Below are positions 39,262 through 47,446 of a DNA stretch of 64,000 bases, piece after piece; position 1 is the stretch's first letter; every line of letters begins with the position of its first letter. This stretch comes from a virus (Duplodnaviria > Caudoviricetes), in IMG/VR virus record IMGVR_UViG_3300025437_000009; one strand, 5' to 3'. The position numbers and the translations under genes were made by a program. The notes under the pieces were generated by a model. That model ran no database searches. It saw nothing but the letters and a program-made list of their open reading frames with translations, and had not been told where the DNA came from.

Positions 39262-39597
39262 TCAGGTGATTTTAATGCTATTTTCTGCCATACGATCACT
39301 ATAAATCTTACGACCACGTTCACGGATCAAGTCAGCCATGGCCTGAGGATTATGCTCAAACATCTCACATACATCTTCTTTGCTAATGCTAGATTCCATA
39401 GTTACAGTATAAACTTCATAATGACGCTGACCGTTTGCACGAGCTCGCATCATAACCGCATTAACAATGTGATTGAGTCTGGGGGTTTGCTGGTCCTGTA
39501 GTGTAGCCCAGGTTGCTTCTTTTTCAAGGTCGGTGACATTGATTATAGAATCTAATCCTAGCATATCCCAACTTAACAAGAAGACGTTGCCTTCCAT
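39262..39597 (-). CDS. Hypothetical protein
   Basis: 111 aa ORF with a TAATG junction. Confidence 0.65.
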   Translation of the reverse strand: MEGNVFLLSWDMLGLDSIINVTDLEKEATWATLQDQQTPRLNHIVNAVMMRARANGQRHYEVYTVTMESSISKEDVCEMFEHNPQAMADLIRERGRKIYSDRMAENSIKIT

Positions 39598-39794
39598 TAT
39601 ACTTCTGCGATTTCCCAGTTATTGATACGACGCTCAACTTCTTCGTTGAGTACATCTTTAATAAGTGCTTCTGTGGTGTTGACAGAAGTACACTCATTGA
39701 ATGTTTCGGCCAAACCCATCAACTCCTGAACGCCCATATTGCGAACAAGTTGTTGATACTGTTCTTTGGTTAAGGTTTTATTAAATGTTGACAT
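39597..39794 (-). CDS. Hypothetical protein
   Basis: AGGAG RBS. Confidence 0.65.
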   Translation of the reverse strand: MSTFNKTLTKEQYQQLVRNMGVQELMGLAETFNECTSVNTTEALIKDVLNEEVERRINNWEIAEV

Positions 39795-39803
39795 ACCTAC
39801 TCC

Positions 39804-40073
39804 TTATCTTGACAAGTTGATAATACGACCTTGGTATTCCATAAAACTAACTTTCCAAGGAACAAAAACAATTTCACCAACACGGCAACCATTGCGACGC
39901 TCAGTAAACTCTTTACCATCAAACACATCGCGAACTACACGAACCTTGTATGCTTGATAACCATTACTAGTATCACAACGATCTAGAACACGACCTTCAA
40001 CAAAACAATCACTACGGCCGAACATTGGTTTGAAATCATATGCACGGATATAATCGTTTACTTGAACTTCCAT
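39804..40073 (-). CDS. Hypothetical protein (SH3-like beta-rich)
   Basis: Start MEVQVND after an AAGGAG RBS. Confidence 0.65.
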   Translation of the reverse strand: MEVQVNDYIRAYDFKPMFGRSDCFVEGRVLDRCDTSNGYQAYKVRVVRDVFDGKEFTERRNGCRVGEIVFVPWKVSFMEYQGRIINLSR

Positions 40074-40103
40074 TGTCTGCTCCTTATTAATTACTATACC
40101 CAT

Positions 40104-40132
40104 AGTATAGCATTTCGGCAATTTGGCTACAA
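40104..40132 (-). promoter_or_regulatory. sigma70-type promoter sharing AATTGCCGAAATGCTATA with the 36186 promoter
   Basis: TTGTAG-N17-TATACT with an extended -10 (TGC); a TGTTGCGAAAAAACAAC motif lies upstream at 40181-40197. Confidence 0.65.
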
Positions 40133-40150
40133 CCAAAATTTGAGCCGTAA

Positions 40151-40176
40151 AAAAACCCCAAAAAAATGGGGTTTTT
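40151..40176. terminator. Intrinsic (possibly bidirectional) terminator
   Basis: AAAAACCCCA-AAAAAA-TGGGGTTTTT hairpin, downstream of the GT4 gene. Confidence 0.75.
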
Positions 40177-40199
40177 GACCGTTGTTTTTTCGCAACAGA

Positions 40200-41192
40200 T
40201 TAGATTTCAGCTAAATTTTCCCGGAATATCCGCCAACATTCTTCCCAAGTCCAATGCTGGCTAGATAGTTTAACTTGTGCCCGATCTAGGGTTAAACATT
40301 CGCGTACAGCCTCTTCTAAATCCCAATCCATGTATCCGTTTACACTCTGTTCGATAATGTCTACGGGTCCTTGCACTGGGAAAGCCGCTACCGGAGTACC
40401 TTGTGCCATTGCTTCAATAATAACCAGGCCAAAAGTATCTGCTTGGCTAGGAAATACAAACACGTCTGCTTGATGATAGTAGTCTACTAATTCTTGCCCC
40501 GATTTATAACCAACAAATGTAGCCCACGGTAACAGTCGACGAGCTTCCTTCATATATGGACCATCACCTACTATAACTAACGTATATTCAGTTGGATCCA
40601 GTTCTGCCAAAATCGCCAGACCTTTTTCACTGCTGACACGTCCTACATTGAGTAGTAATGGTTTCGTACGTTCACAACGTTCTTGGCTAGGTTCAAGGTT
40701 TCTGTTGACTCCGCGTGTCCAAACAACCATGCGTTCAAAGCCATGTGACTCTAAATCCTTTTGTATAGTCTTTGTAGTAACTAGCACACGATGACTGTTC
40801 TTATGAAACCAACGTAGATACCAATAGGTCAGGCTCTTGGGTACCCGATACATTGTCTTTAAGAACTCGGGGAAATCAGTATGATAACTAGTATTATAAG
40901 GAATATGATTGCGCTCACACCACCACCTTGCAAATAGGCCTACAGGGCCTTCTGTAGCGATATGTATAAAATCCGGCTGTATCGCTTTAATTTTCTTACT
41001 GATACCTTGCGGCCAACAGAGACGAACTTCAGGATAGCCAGGGCAAGCAAAATTAGGGAACTGCCCGGGATCAAGATAAACAATGTTATACCCATCACTG
41101 CGAGCACAATCTTCCAAGTTTTTGAAAGTTGTGACCACGCCATTAACTTGATCACGTAAGTTATCCGTTATTACTAGTATTGTTTTTATCAC
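40200..41192 (-). CDS. GT4-family glycosyltransferase, Agt-like (putative diacylglycerol glycosyltransferase)
   Basis: QVNGVVTT, GYPEVRL, PDFIHIATEGPVG, YHTDFP, VGRVSSEKG, DTFGLVIIEAMAQGTPV. Confidence 0.88.
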   Translation of the reverse strand: MIKTILVITDNLRDQVNGVVTTFKNLEDCARSDGYNIVYLDPGQFPNFACPGYPEVRLCWPQGISKKIKAIQPDFIHIATEGPVGLFARWWCERNHIPYNTSYHTDFPEFLKTMYRVPKSLTYWYLRWFHKNSHRVLVTTKTIQKDLESHGFERMVVWTRGVNRNLEPSQERCERTKPLLLNVGRVSSEKGLAILAELDPTEYTLVIVGDGPYMKEARRLLPWATFVGYKSGQELVDYYHQADVFVFPSQADTFGLVIIEAMAQGTPVAAFPVQGPVDIIEQSVNGYMDWDLEEAVRECLTLDRAQVKLSSQHWTWEECWRIFRENLAEI

Positions 41193-41940
41193 TAGATTGC
41201 GTCCATGTTACTATTTCCCAACGGCCGTCCCAATGCTCTACTAACGCTGTCATTGATTCTACCCAGTCGCCATCGTTCATATAAACAACACCATCTATTG
41301 TTTTTATTTCGGCGTGATGTATGTGACCACAGATAACTCCATCAAAGCCACGCTTACGACAGTAACCAGCAAGATTAAGCTCAAACTGAAAAATGAAATC
41401 CACGGACGATTTAACTTTATGCTTAAGGTACTTAGATAGACTCCAATACCCAAAACCAAGACGGTGACGAATCCAATTAAAACGACTGTTAAGGCCAAGA
41501 ATAAAATCATACAATTTATCCCCAAGGAAATTTAACCAAGGTGCTAGTTTACTTATACCATCAAACAGGTCACCGTGTGTAACCAAGTAACGTAGGCCAT
41601 CTAGACCTACGTGCTCGCATTGATTTACTATTTCAACTTGACCAAAGCCCATACCATATGGTATTAGTGGACGGAGAAATTCGTCGTGGTTGCCAGCTAT
41701 ATAAACTACTCGAGTTCCACGTTTAGCGTGACCTAGTATTCGTCTGATAGCATTGGTATGGCTTTGTTTCCATCGCCACTTGTTTTGTTGAATTTTCCAA
41801 GCGTCAATAATGTCGCCTACTAAGTAGAGGGTGTTGCAAGTGTTGTGTTTGAGAAAGTTGTTGAGTTCTTCGGCTTTACAATCGCGAGTGCCGAAGTGTA
41901 TGTCTGAAATAAAAATTGAGCGATAAGTCTTGGCTTTCAT
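41161..41940 (-). CDS. Metallophosphoesterase, PlcP/LpxH-like (putative phospholipase C)
   Basis: FISDIHFG, LVGDIIDAW, GNHDEFLR, THGDLFD, GVICGHIH, NDGDWVES.TALVE; operonic with the GT4 gene. Confidence 0.85.
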   Translation of the reverse strand: MKAKTYRSIFISDIHFGTRDCKAEELNNFLKHNTCNTLYLVGDIIDAWKIQQNKWRWKQSHTNAIRRILGHAKRGTRVVYIAGNHDEFLRPLIPYGMGFGQVEIVNQCEHVGLDGLRYLVTHGDLFDGISKLAPWLNFLGDKLYDFILGLNSRFNWIRHRLGFGYWSLSKYLKHKVKSSVDFIFQFELNLAGYCRKRGFDGVICGHIHHAEIKTIDGVVYMNDGDWVESMTALVEHWDGRWEIVTWTQSSDKNNTSNNG

Positions 41941-41985
41941 AACCATATTTATCGAAACACTCTATTGTATGATGTTACAGAATTA

Positions 41986-42639
41986 TTACTCAACAATACC
42001 TTTTTGATATTTTTGAATTCGCACTAGATCCAGTGGTGGGTTACAGCTAGGTATACGTTGATATTTTTTATAGTATTCTAACAGTAGATCTAGTTCAGCA
42101 GTCTTACAATAACTAGGATGCATGGGCAAATATGCTTGATACACATGATCAATTTGATGCTTACCAAAGTTTTCTTTGAATGCTGTCCCACACCCATATG
42201 GACTCAATCGGGGATTTCTTACAGTACCTTTAAAGTCTGTACGACGACCCAACATACCATTGCGACTGGTAGCTCGAGATTGTCCTATATAAAACACTCC
42301 TTGGTCTAAAAAGTCAGCAGAGTCTGATGGTGCACCATCTAAAAATAATCCATAGACATAACAACCGGGGTGTGCTTTATCAAATCCCCAAGACTTATCC
42401 CATTTCTCGTCAATTTGATGCCATTGAGTAAAGGATGTTAGTGCAGGTCGAGTAAGAGTCTGTGTTTGAGTGGTGAACGCTCCTTTACCGCTGATCTCGG
42501 AACACTTGTATAAACTATAGGCTAACTGATCAACATTTGAACAATGTTTAAATACTTCGTAGAGTTGATCTTCAGTCAGCCCGTGATTACCAGATCCGGA
42601 TCTAATATTTTGTGCTAGTGCTTTGGCTAAGTCGTTCAT
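41986..42639 (-). CDS. GIY-YIG-like endonuclease
   Basis: CYVYGL...FYIGQS...GRR...AE..LL.....IP.CN pattern. Confidence 0.55.
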   Translation of the reverse strand: MNDLAKALAQNIRSGSGNHGLTEDQLYEVFKHCSNVDQLAYSLYKCSEISGKGAFTTQTQTLTRPALTSFTQWHQIDEKWDKSWGFDKAHPGCYVYGLFLDGAPSDSADFLDQGVFYIGQSRATSRNGMLGRRTDFKGTVRNPRLSPYGCGTAFKENFGKHQIDHVYQAYLPMHPSYCKTAELDLLLEYYKKYQRIPSCNPPLDLVRIQKYQKGIVE

Positions 42640-43688
42640 TTTTTACCAATATACTCGTGGCTGTAGCAAACACGATACGCATCACGAACAGTAGTGGTGC
42701 CACCATAGCCTGCCATCTTACGTGCAGTACCATCTTTGTTTAAGTAACTGCCTACTCTAGATTTCTTATTCATTGACGTAGGGCGCCATAACGGTGACTT
42801 TTCACGATGTTCACCAAATGATGGGTGTGCTGTTTTACTAAAGTAGCGTAGTCCGCGGCTTACATATATTTCAGCAATAGCATCACTAAATGCTGTGCCT
42901 ATACCCATACCTTGGAACTCGGGTAGTATTACTGTACGATGGCCACGCCAATAACTATGAATATCTCTATTAGTAGAATGTATGGCGGCATGGAAGCCGA
43001 TAGGCTTGTCACCTAACAGTAAGACATAGTAGTGAGCACTTTTGCTAATTGCAGTATCTAGATAGTGATACTTACTGAAATATCTCCAATAGTCGACACT
43101 TGTGCTTTTGATGGTGAGTGTAAGTTCTGGTCTTGTCCCCAGTCGAAGAAGTGACCTCCGATTTTCTAAGACACAGAGATCCGTGTCATATACGTAGTCT
43201 GGATCTAACCATTCTACTATGTCCCTGTGGCAACTTGCAATGTATAGTGGATCTGTTGTGCCACGGCGATCATAAAACTTACGAATACTTAATGCAAGAC
43301 TTTTAGCAGTATCTCGGTCAACAACCGACGTAAACTCATCTACTGTGGTTAGCCCTTGATCTAAACTAATAGCCATTTCAAAGCGATGGTACTCGCCATT
43401 GCTTAATGTATTGGGTGATCGGAACCAAGTAGGAATACTACGAAGTCCGCAAGCAAGCAGCAATTCTTCTCCACGCTCTGCGGTAGTAAAGTTATCAATT
43501 GTTATACGAGTATTATCTACAGTTGGTTGACGAAGTTCACCTAGGCTACGCAAGATAGTACTCTTACCACTACCACTGGTACCTACTATAAGCACAATAC
43601 CATCTGTGGGTAATTCGGGAATGGTAACAGCAGGCTCTTTATAGTCTTTGATATCGTATTTCTTTTTGATTTCTTCTAAGTAGCTCAT
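42636..43688 (-). CDS. ABC-type ATPase fused to a GNAT acetyltransferase
   Basis: GTSGSGKS, LSNGE signature, VDEFTS, ASCH; C-terminal RTVILPEFQGMGIG (acetyl-CoA-binding motif A). Confidence 0.85.
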   Translation of the reverse strand: MSYLEEIKKKYDIKDYKEPAVTIPELPTDGIVLIVGTSGSGKSTILRSLGELRQPTVDNTRITIDNFTTAERGEELLLACGLRSIPTWFRSPNTLSNGEYHRFEMAISLDQGLTTVDEFTSVVDRDTAKSLALSIRKFYDRRGTTDPLYIASCHRDIVEWLDPDYVYDTDLCVLENRRSLLRLGTRPELTLTIKSTSVDYWRYFSKYHYLDTAISKSAHYYVLLLGDKPIGFHAAIHSTNRDIHSYWRGHRTVILPEFQGMGIGTAFSDAIAEIYVSRGLRYFSKTAHPSFGEHREKSPLWRPTSMNKKSRVGSYLNKDGTARKMAGYGGTTTVRDAYRVCYSHEYIGKK

Positions 43689-44158
43689 TTTGTAAATACT
43701 CCAGAAAACTGTTCCAGCAACAAGGGCAATATCGCAGGAGCAGTATCATCAGTCAAATTACTCATCACACGATTTAAGATAGCAGGCAACACTTGAAAGT
43801 TACTGGGAACATCAGCGCCGCCCTTTGATCTAGGAACAATATGATCTAGTTGTGGTTGATGCCATTCGTCATCTACATGCTCCAGGGGAATACGATTTTC
43901 ACCCTTGCCCCAATCGTATAATCTATACACACCCTGACCATCAGTCCAACCATCGGGTGCTTTGGCATACATTTCTTCAGCTTCGGCATCAGTCCACCGA
44001 TACTTGTTTTTATAGTAACCAAAAATAGCCACACGCTTTAGATCGCGAGTCTCGCAAAACTCTCTAAAGATATCCATGGTGTAGTATGTGTTATCTTCAA
44101 AGCTAGTGCAAGGCTCACGTTTGGCTATGCTTTCGTTGATAGTTTGGTAGTTCTTCAT
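43685..44158 (-). CDS. HNH endonuclease-family protein
   Basis: QLDHIVPRSKGGADVPSNFQVLPAILN; start MKNYQT. Confidence 0.75.
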   Translation of the reverse strand: MKNYQTINESIAKREPCTSFEDNTYYTMDIFREFCETRDLKRVAIFGYYKNKYRWTDAEAEEMYAKAPDGWTDGQGVYRLYDWGKGENRIPLEHVDDEWHQPQLDHIVPRSKGGADVPSNFQVLPAILNRVMSNLTDDTAPAILPLLLEQFSGVFTK

Positions 44159-44159
44159 A

Positions 44160-45359
44160 TTAGACCAAAGGCAATGTGAACTTGTTATTACCACTTGGCC
44201 ATGCAGGTTCTGCCCATGCAATCTCTGGGGCATACTTCTTACATACTTGCCAAATACCATGAGCAATAATCATTTCCTCTGGAACACGACTGTTGCTGTA
44301 GCTAGCTGAAGTTTGATCTTTATACTCATCCTTGATGTTTTTATGCAATTGACCACCTGTGTTGGCTTTAGTCCAACGCTTTTTAAGTGCGTTCATAATA
44401 GCAAAGTCCACGGTCATGTCATCTTCTTTGAGATTTTGATATTTGAGGAATTCCATCAATCCCCATGAATTTGCAGTATGGAATTTGCTAGTACCAAACA
44501 ACTGTGCATTGATTGTGGTAGCACGAGTAAAGTAATCCTGGCCGTAGGTAATACGATACTTGATCATGTTACCAATACTAGTAAGTACTAGCGCACGACT
44601 ACCATCATCGACTTTTTCGGCTACTGTAATACCTAAATTGCCAAACAATTCGCTGAGTTCATAGCTGATTGCATCTTCTGGCTCACTAGGCATACCAGCA
44701 TCACGTGCGGCCTGTTCACGTTGTACACGAATGCGGTAACGGTCAAACTCACTGGCTACAAGGCTATGAATGTTCAGAGCCGCATACTGTGACACGTCCC
44801 AAAACTCATCGTCACTGGTAATGTAGTTGATAGGTACATCTTCAATGCCTAGAATGATACAGCCCAATGTTCGATGCTGTGCATCATTAACAAACAAGTA
44901 ACCTTTTGAGTTCATACGACCCACACCAGGCAAGACTAAACCTGGATTAAAGCGGAAGATAATATCTTCAAAAATATGACGCAGGAATACGTCACGTTGT
45001 TTTTCGGCATTCTTAACTAACTTGTCTAGTGGTTGCAAGTTATCTGCTGTGTAGTTTAGTGCTTGAGTATTAAGTTTAGTAGCCGCATCGTTAAGGCTAT
45101 CATACACTGGCAGGTCAATGCCTAGCAGTGGATTGTCTGTGCCCATTAGCACAATTTTATTTAAACAGTAGACAACAATGTCTACCAGTGTGGGCTGTTT
45201 GCCTAGTGAACGAGTATTAACATACTCTGGAATACGTTTGAGGCGGCTCTTTTGCTCGGCAAGTGAAAGGGAGTTCCAAGGTACTCGATTGGCCTTTGGG
45301 CCCAATACCTTGAATAAGTCAGCACCGAATTGTGCTGTAATTTTTGGATGATATGACAT
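44160..45359 (-). CDS. ParB/Srx-fold (DGQHR-like) protein
   Basis: QR.V...HI......F.P..V......LFVNDAQHRTLG...VP pattern. Confidence 0.6.
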   Translation of the reverse strand: MSYHPKITAQFGADLFKVLGPKANRVPWNSLSLAEQKSRLKRIPEYVNTRSLGKQPTLVDIVVYCLNKIVLMGTDNPLLGIDLPVYDSLNDAATKLNTQALNYTADNLQPLDKLVKNAEKQRDVFLRHIFEDIIFRFNPGLVLPGVGRMNSKGYLFVNDAQHRTLGCIILGIEDVPINYITSDDEFWDVSQYAALNIHSLVASEFDRYRIRVQREQAARDAGMPSEPEDAISYELSELFGNLGITVAEKVDDGSRALVLTSIGNMIKYRITYGQDYFTRATTINAQLFGTSKFHTANSWGLMEFLKYQNLKEDDMTVDFAIMNALKKRWTKANTGGQLHKNIKDEYKDQTSASYSNSRVPEEMIIAHGIWQVCKKYAPEIAWAEPAWPSGNNKFTLPLV

Positions 45360-45447
45360 TACATTTCCTTTAAGTGTGTTTTATAACAAAGTAAACGATA
45401 ACACGTTTACCTAGTTGAATCTACTTGATAACACAAGTATTAAAGTA

Positions 45448-45476
45448 ATTATAGCGTCAAAGGATTATTGTGTCAA
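45448..45476 (-). promoter_or_regulatory. sigma70-type promoter
   Basis: Perfect TTGACA-N17-TATAAT upstream of the ParB-like operon. Confidence 0.85.
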
Positions 45477-45504
45477 CCAGGCCCTAAGTTAGTGCCCACT
45501 AACC

Positions 45505-45885
45505 CTACTGCGTTAGTTCTATTGAGTCTAAATAGGCCCGCAAGTTACCCGAATGTAGAGTAAGCATCATGGCTTCTTCCTCCTCAAAGACAATTATCTT
45601 TTGCCGTTTGAGTAGATAGTAGGGACCTTTGAGATAGCGTTCAAGTTGTAGTAGGCCATGGTTAGTTAGCTCTTCGGGTAATTGAAATTCATAACTCTGT
45701 AGCTTGAGAACGGCCTTGACCATTTGAAGGCCTGCAAGACTTAGTCTTAGACTGGTATCATCTGTAGGATTTTTGAACCAACGTTTTTGCATGTCGGTTG
45801 TTTGACCAACAGGAATATCAGCCTGCGTTACAAATATTTTTGTTAGCTGACGTTGGGTGTAACGCTTAGGGGAAGATTTGCTCAC
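45505..45885 (-). CDS. Hypothetical protein
   Basis: 126 aa ORF in the operon. Confidence 0.7.
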   Translation of the reverse strand: MSKSSPKRYTQRQLTKIFVTQADIPVGQTTDMQKRWFKNPTDDTSLRLSLAGLQMVKAVLKLQSYEFQLPEELTNHGLLQLERYLKGPYYLLKRQKIIVFEEEEAMMLTLHSGNLRAYLDSIELTQ

Positions 45886-46153
45886 CTTGCTTTAACAAGA
45901 CCACTGAGAACTTGTCTGTCTTGTATAGTGTGTTTAATTTTTTGCAAAGGTTAATTGCATGTCCAGAATTACTAAAACTTATTTTAGAATATTTTGGGCC
46001 TGGATAGCTAGTGAGGATATTGAATGACCTCATGTTGATAGGTTGGTTGTCATAAAAGACCGCCCAGATGCCTTCAGCAGCTAGGACCTGCTGACTTTTG
46101 TAAGTTGATTTATTAACGTGGTCTAATAAAACCGTTGGCTTTGGTCTTGACAT
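45866..46153 (-). CDS. Hypothetical protein
   Basis: Preceded by TAAATA and an AGGA RBS. Confidence 0.7.
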   Translation of the reverse strand: MSRPKPTVLLDHVNKSTYKSQQVLAAEGIWAVFYDNQPINMRSFNILTSYPGPKYSKISFSNSGHAINLCKKLNTLYKTDKFSVVLLKQGEQIFP

Positions 46154-46201
46154 TTCACTAATCCTTGATATACTGTTTATTTATCTCATAATATACGTAT
46201 A

Positions 46202-46417
46202 TTATTTAAAACTGCCGCCATCCATGTTAATAACAACTACATCGTCTACAGTAGAATTTTTACTTAATTGGCTGATTGTGGCCATCAAATCGTAAATTTC
46301 GGCATGCAAACTGCGTGCTTCTTCAGCATTTAAGGTCAATAATTTACCGTTGCTTTGATTCATTGCACGTACCTTACTGTTGAAATTTTTGATCTGTAAG
46401 GGCAAATTATTGTCCAT
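46202..46417 (-). CDS. Hypothetical protein
   Basis: Overlapping junction. Confidence 0.65.
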   Translation of the reverse strand: MDNNLPLQIKNFNSKVRAMNQSNGKLLTLNAEEARSLHAEIYDLMATISQLSKNSTVDDVVVINMDGGSFK

Positions 46418-46883
46418 TGGCTTCTTTCATAGCTTCTATCATACGTTCTTGACTCTTGAACGGACCTTCATACTCATAACGATTCAGTGTAATAAGTTTT
46501 GGGCAATATGCACGAACCCAAGTTGAACTGAATTTGATAATATAGTAGCCAGCACAGAAAAAACTCTTTGACTTAGCACCCTTGGTATAGATTGGCAAGT
46601 AGCGTTGAACGTCGAGGATTTCGTTGTGTGGTTGTGCGTTGGTCGGGAATCCATAGACATCATAAACATCTTGTTTGACCCGCTTTGGTCGTTCTGCTTT
46701 GACAAACTCAATATTATATTTCTTACTTAATAATTTAATTGATGCAAACTGTTCACGTTGATCATCATGTAAGTAAACTACACCACCTTCGTCGACCATC
46801 ATGATGTTGCCAACCTTGGTACCTTCGGATTCTACAATCCACATTTTATTTTTTACTACGGGTTTTGCAATTAGTTCGGTCAT
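46407..46883 (-). CDS. Hypothetical protein
   Basis: 158 aa ORF with a GGAG RBS. Confidence 0.7.
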   Translation of the reverse strand: MTELIAKPVVKNKMWIVESEGTKVGNIMMVDEGGVVYLHDDQREQFASIKLLSKKYNIEFVKAERPKRVKQDVYDVYGFPTNAQPHNEILDVQRYLPIYTKGAKSKSFFCAGYYIIKFSSTWVRAYCPKLITLNRYEYEGPFKSQERMIEAMKEANGQ

Positions 46884-47083
46884 TGTGACTCCTTCAATTT
46901 TTTCCTACACTCTTCTTTCATAGCTGGAGTAAAGTCTGGACTTATCTCGGCTATACGACAATCATATCTTGGTGCCGCCTCTGGTAACATTGAGTTAATT
47001 CCATATAACAAAGCAAATAAGGAACCGCCCAGAAAGGCAAGTGCGGGCCACATCAATAGGTGTTCTTTTAATCTAGTAGCCAT
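46880..47083 (-). CDS. Small membrane protein
   Basis: One hydrophobic helix followed by YDCRIAEISPDF..ECR. Confidence 0.65.
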   Translation of the reverse strand: MATRLKEHLLMWPALAFLGGSLFALLYGINSMLPEAAPRYDCRIAEISPDFTPAMKEECRKKLKESQ

Positions 47084-47254
47084 TTAATTATTTTTATAGA
47101 AAATATAATTTAGCCATGCAAGGCCAATGTCCCAGGCCATACCGGACCAGTTACCTCGACTAAAATCATCTAATGCACACATAGCTAACCAGCCAATCAC
47201 AAACCAAGTGATTTGCGTATAGTTACTGCGATACCATCTAACAATACTATTCAT
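47084..47254 (-). CDS. Small Trp-rich membrane protein (56 aa)
   Basis: MNSIVRWYRSNYTQITWFVIGWLAM..., GGAG RBS; translated by hand. Confidence 0.6.
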   Translation of the reverse strand: MNSIVRWYRSNYTQITWFVIGWLAMCALDDFSRGNWSGMAWDIGLAWLNYIFYKNN

Positions 47255-47263
47255 AACTTCTCC

Positions 47264-47446
47264 TTATTTTGCCGCAGGACGCCGGCGTTCATAGTCGGTG
47301 CGTTGTAGTTCTGTCCAGACACGATTCTTACGTTCATGATACAAATCTATAAGACCTGCTATGAACATAGTAATAAAAAATCCAAAAAATAACAACAATG
47401 CTAAAGCAAGTCCCGCAACTGGCACCCAAAAAACATCATTTATCAT
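47264..47446 (-). CDS. Small membrane protein
   Basis: Single long hydrophobic segment. Confidence 0.6.
   Translation of the reverse strand: MINDVFWVPVAGLALALLLFFGFFITMFIAGLIDLYHERKNRVWTELQRTDYERRRPAAK

Noticed and set aside
41161-41940. Annotation as lipid A enzyme LpxH
   Set aside because: No other lipid A genes are present, and linkage to an Agt-like GT4 fits PlcP better; not fully excluded without a phylogeny.
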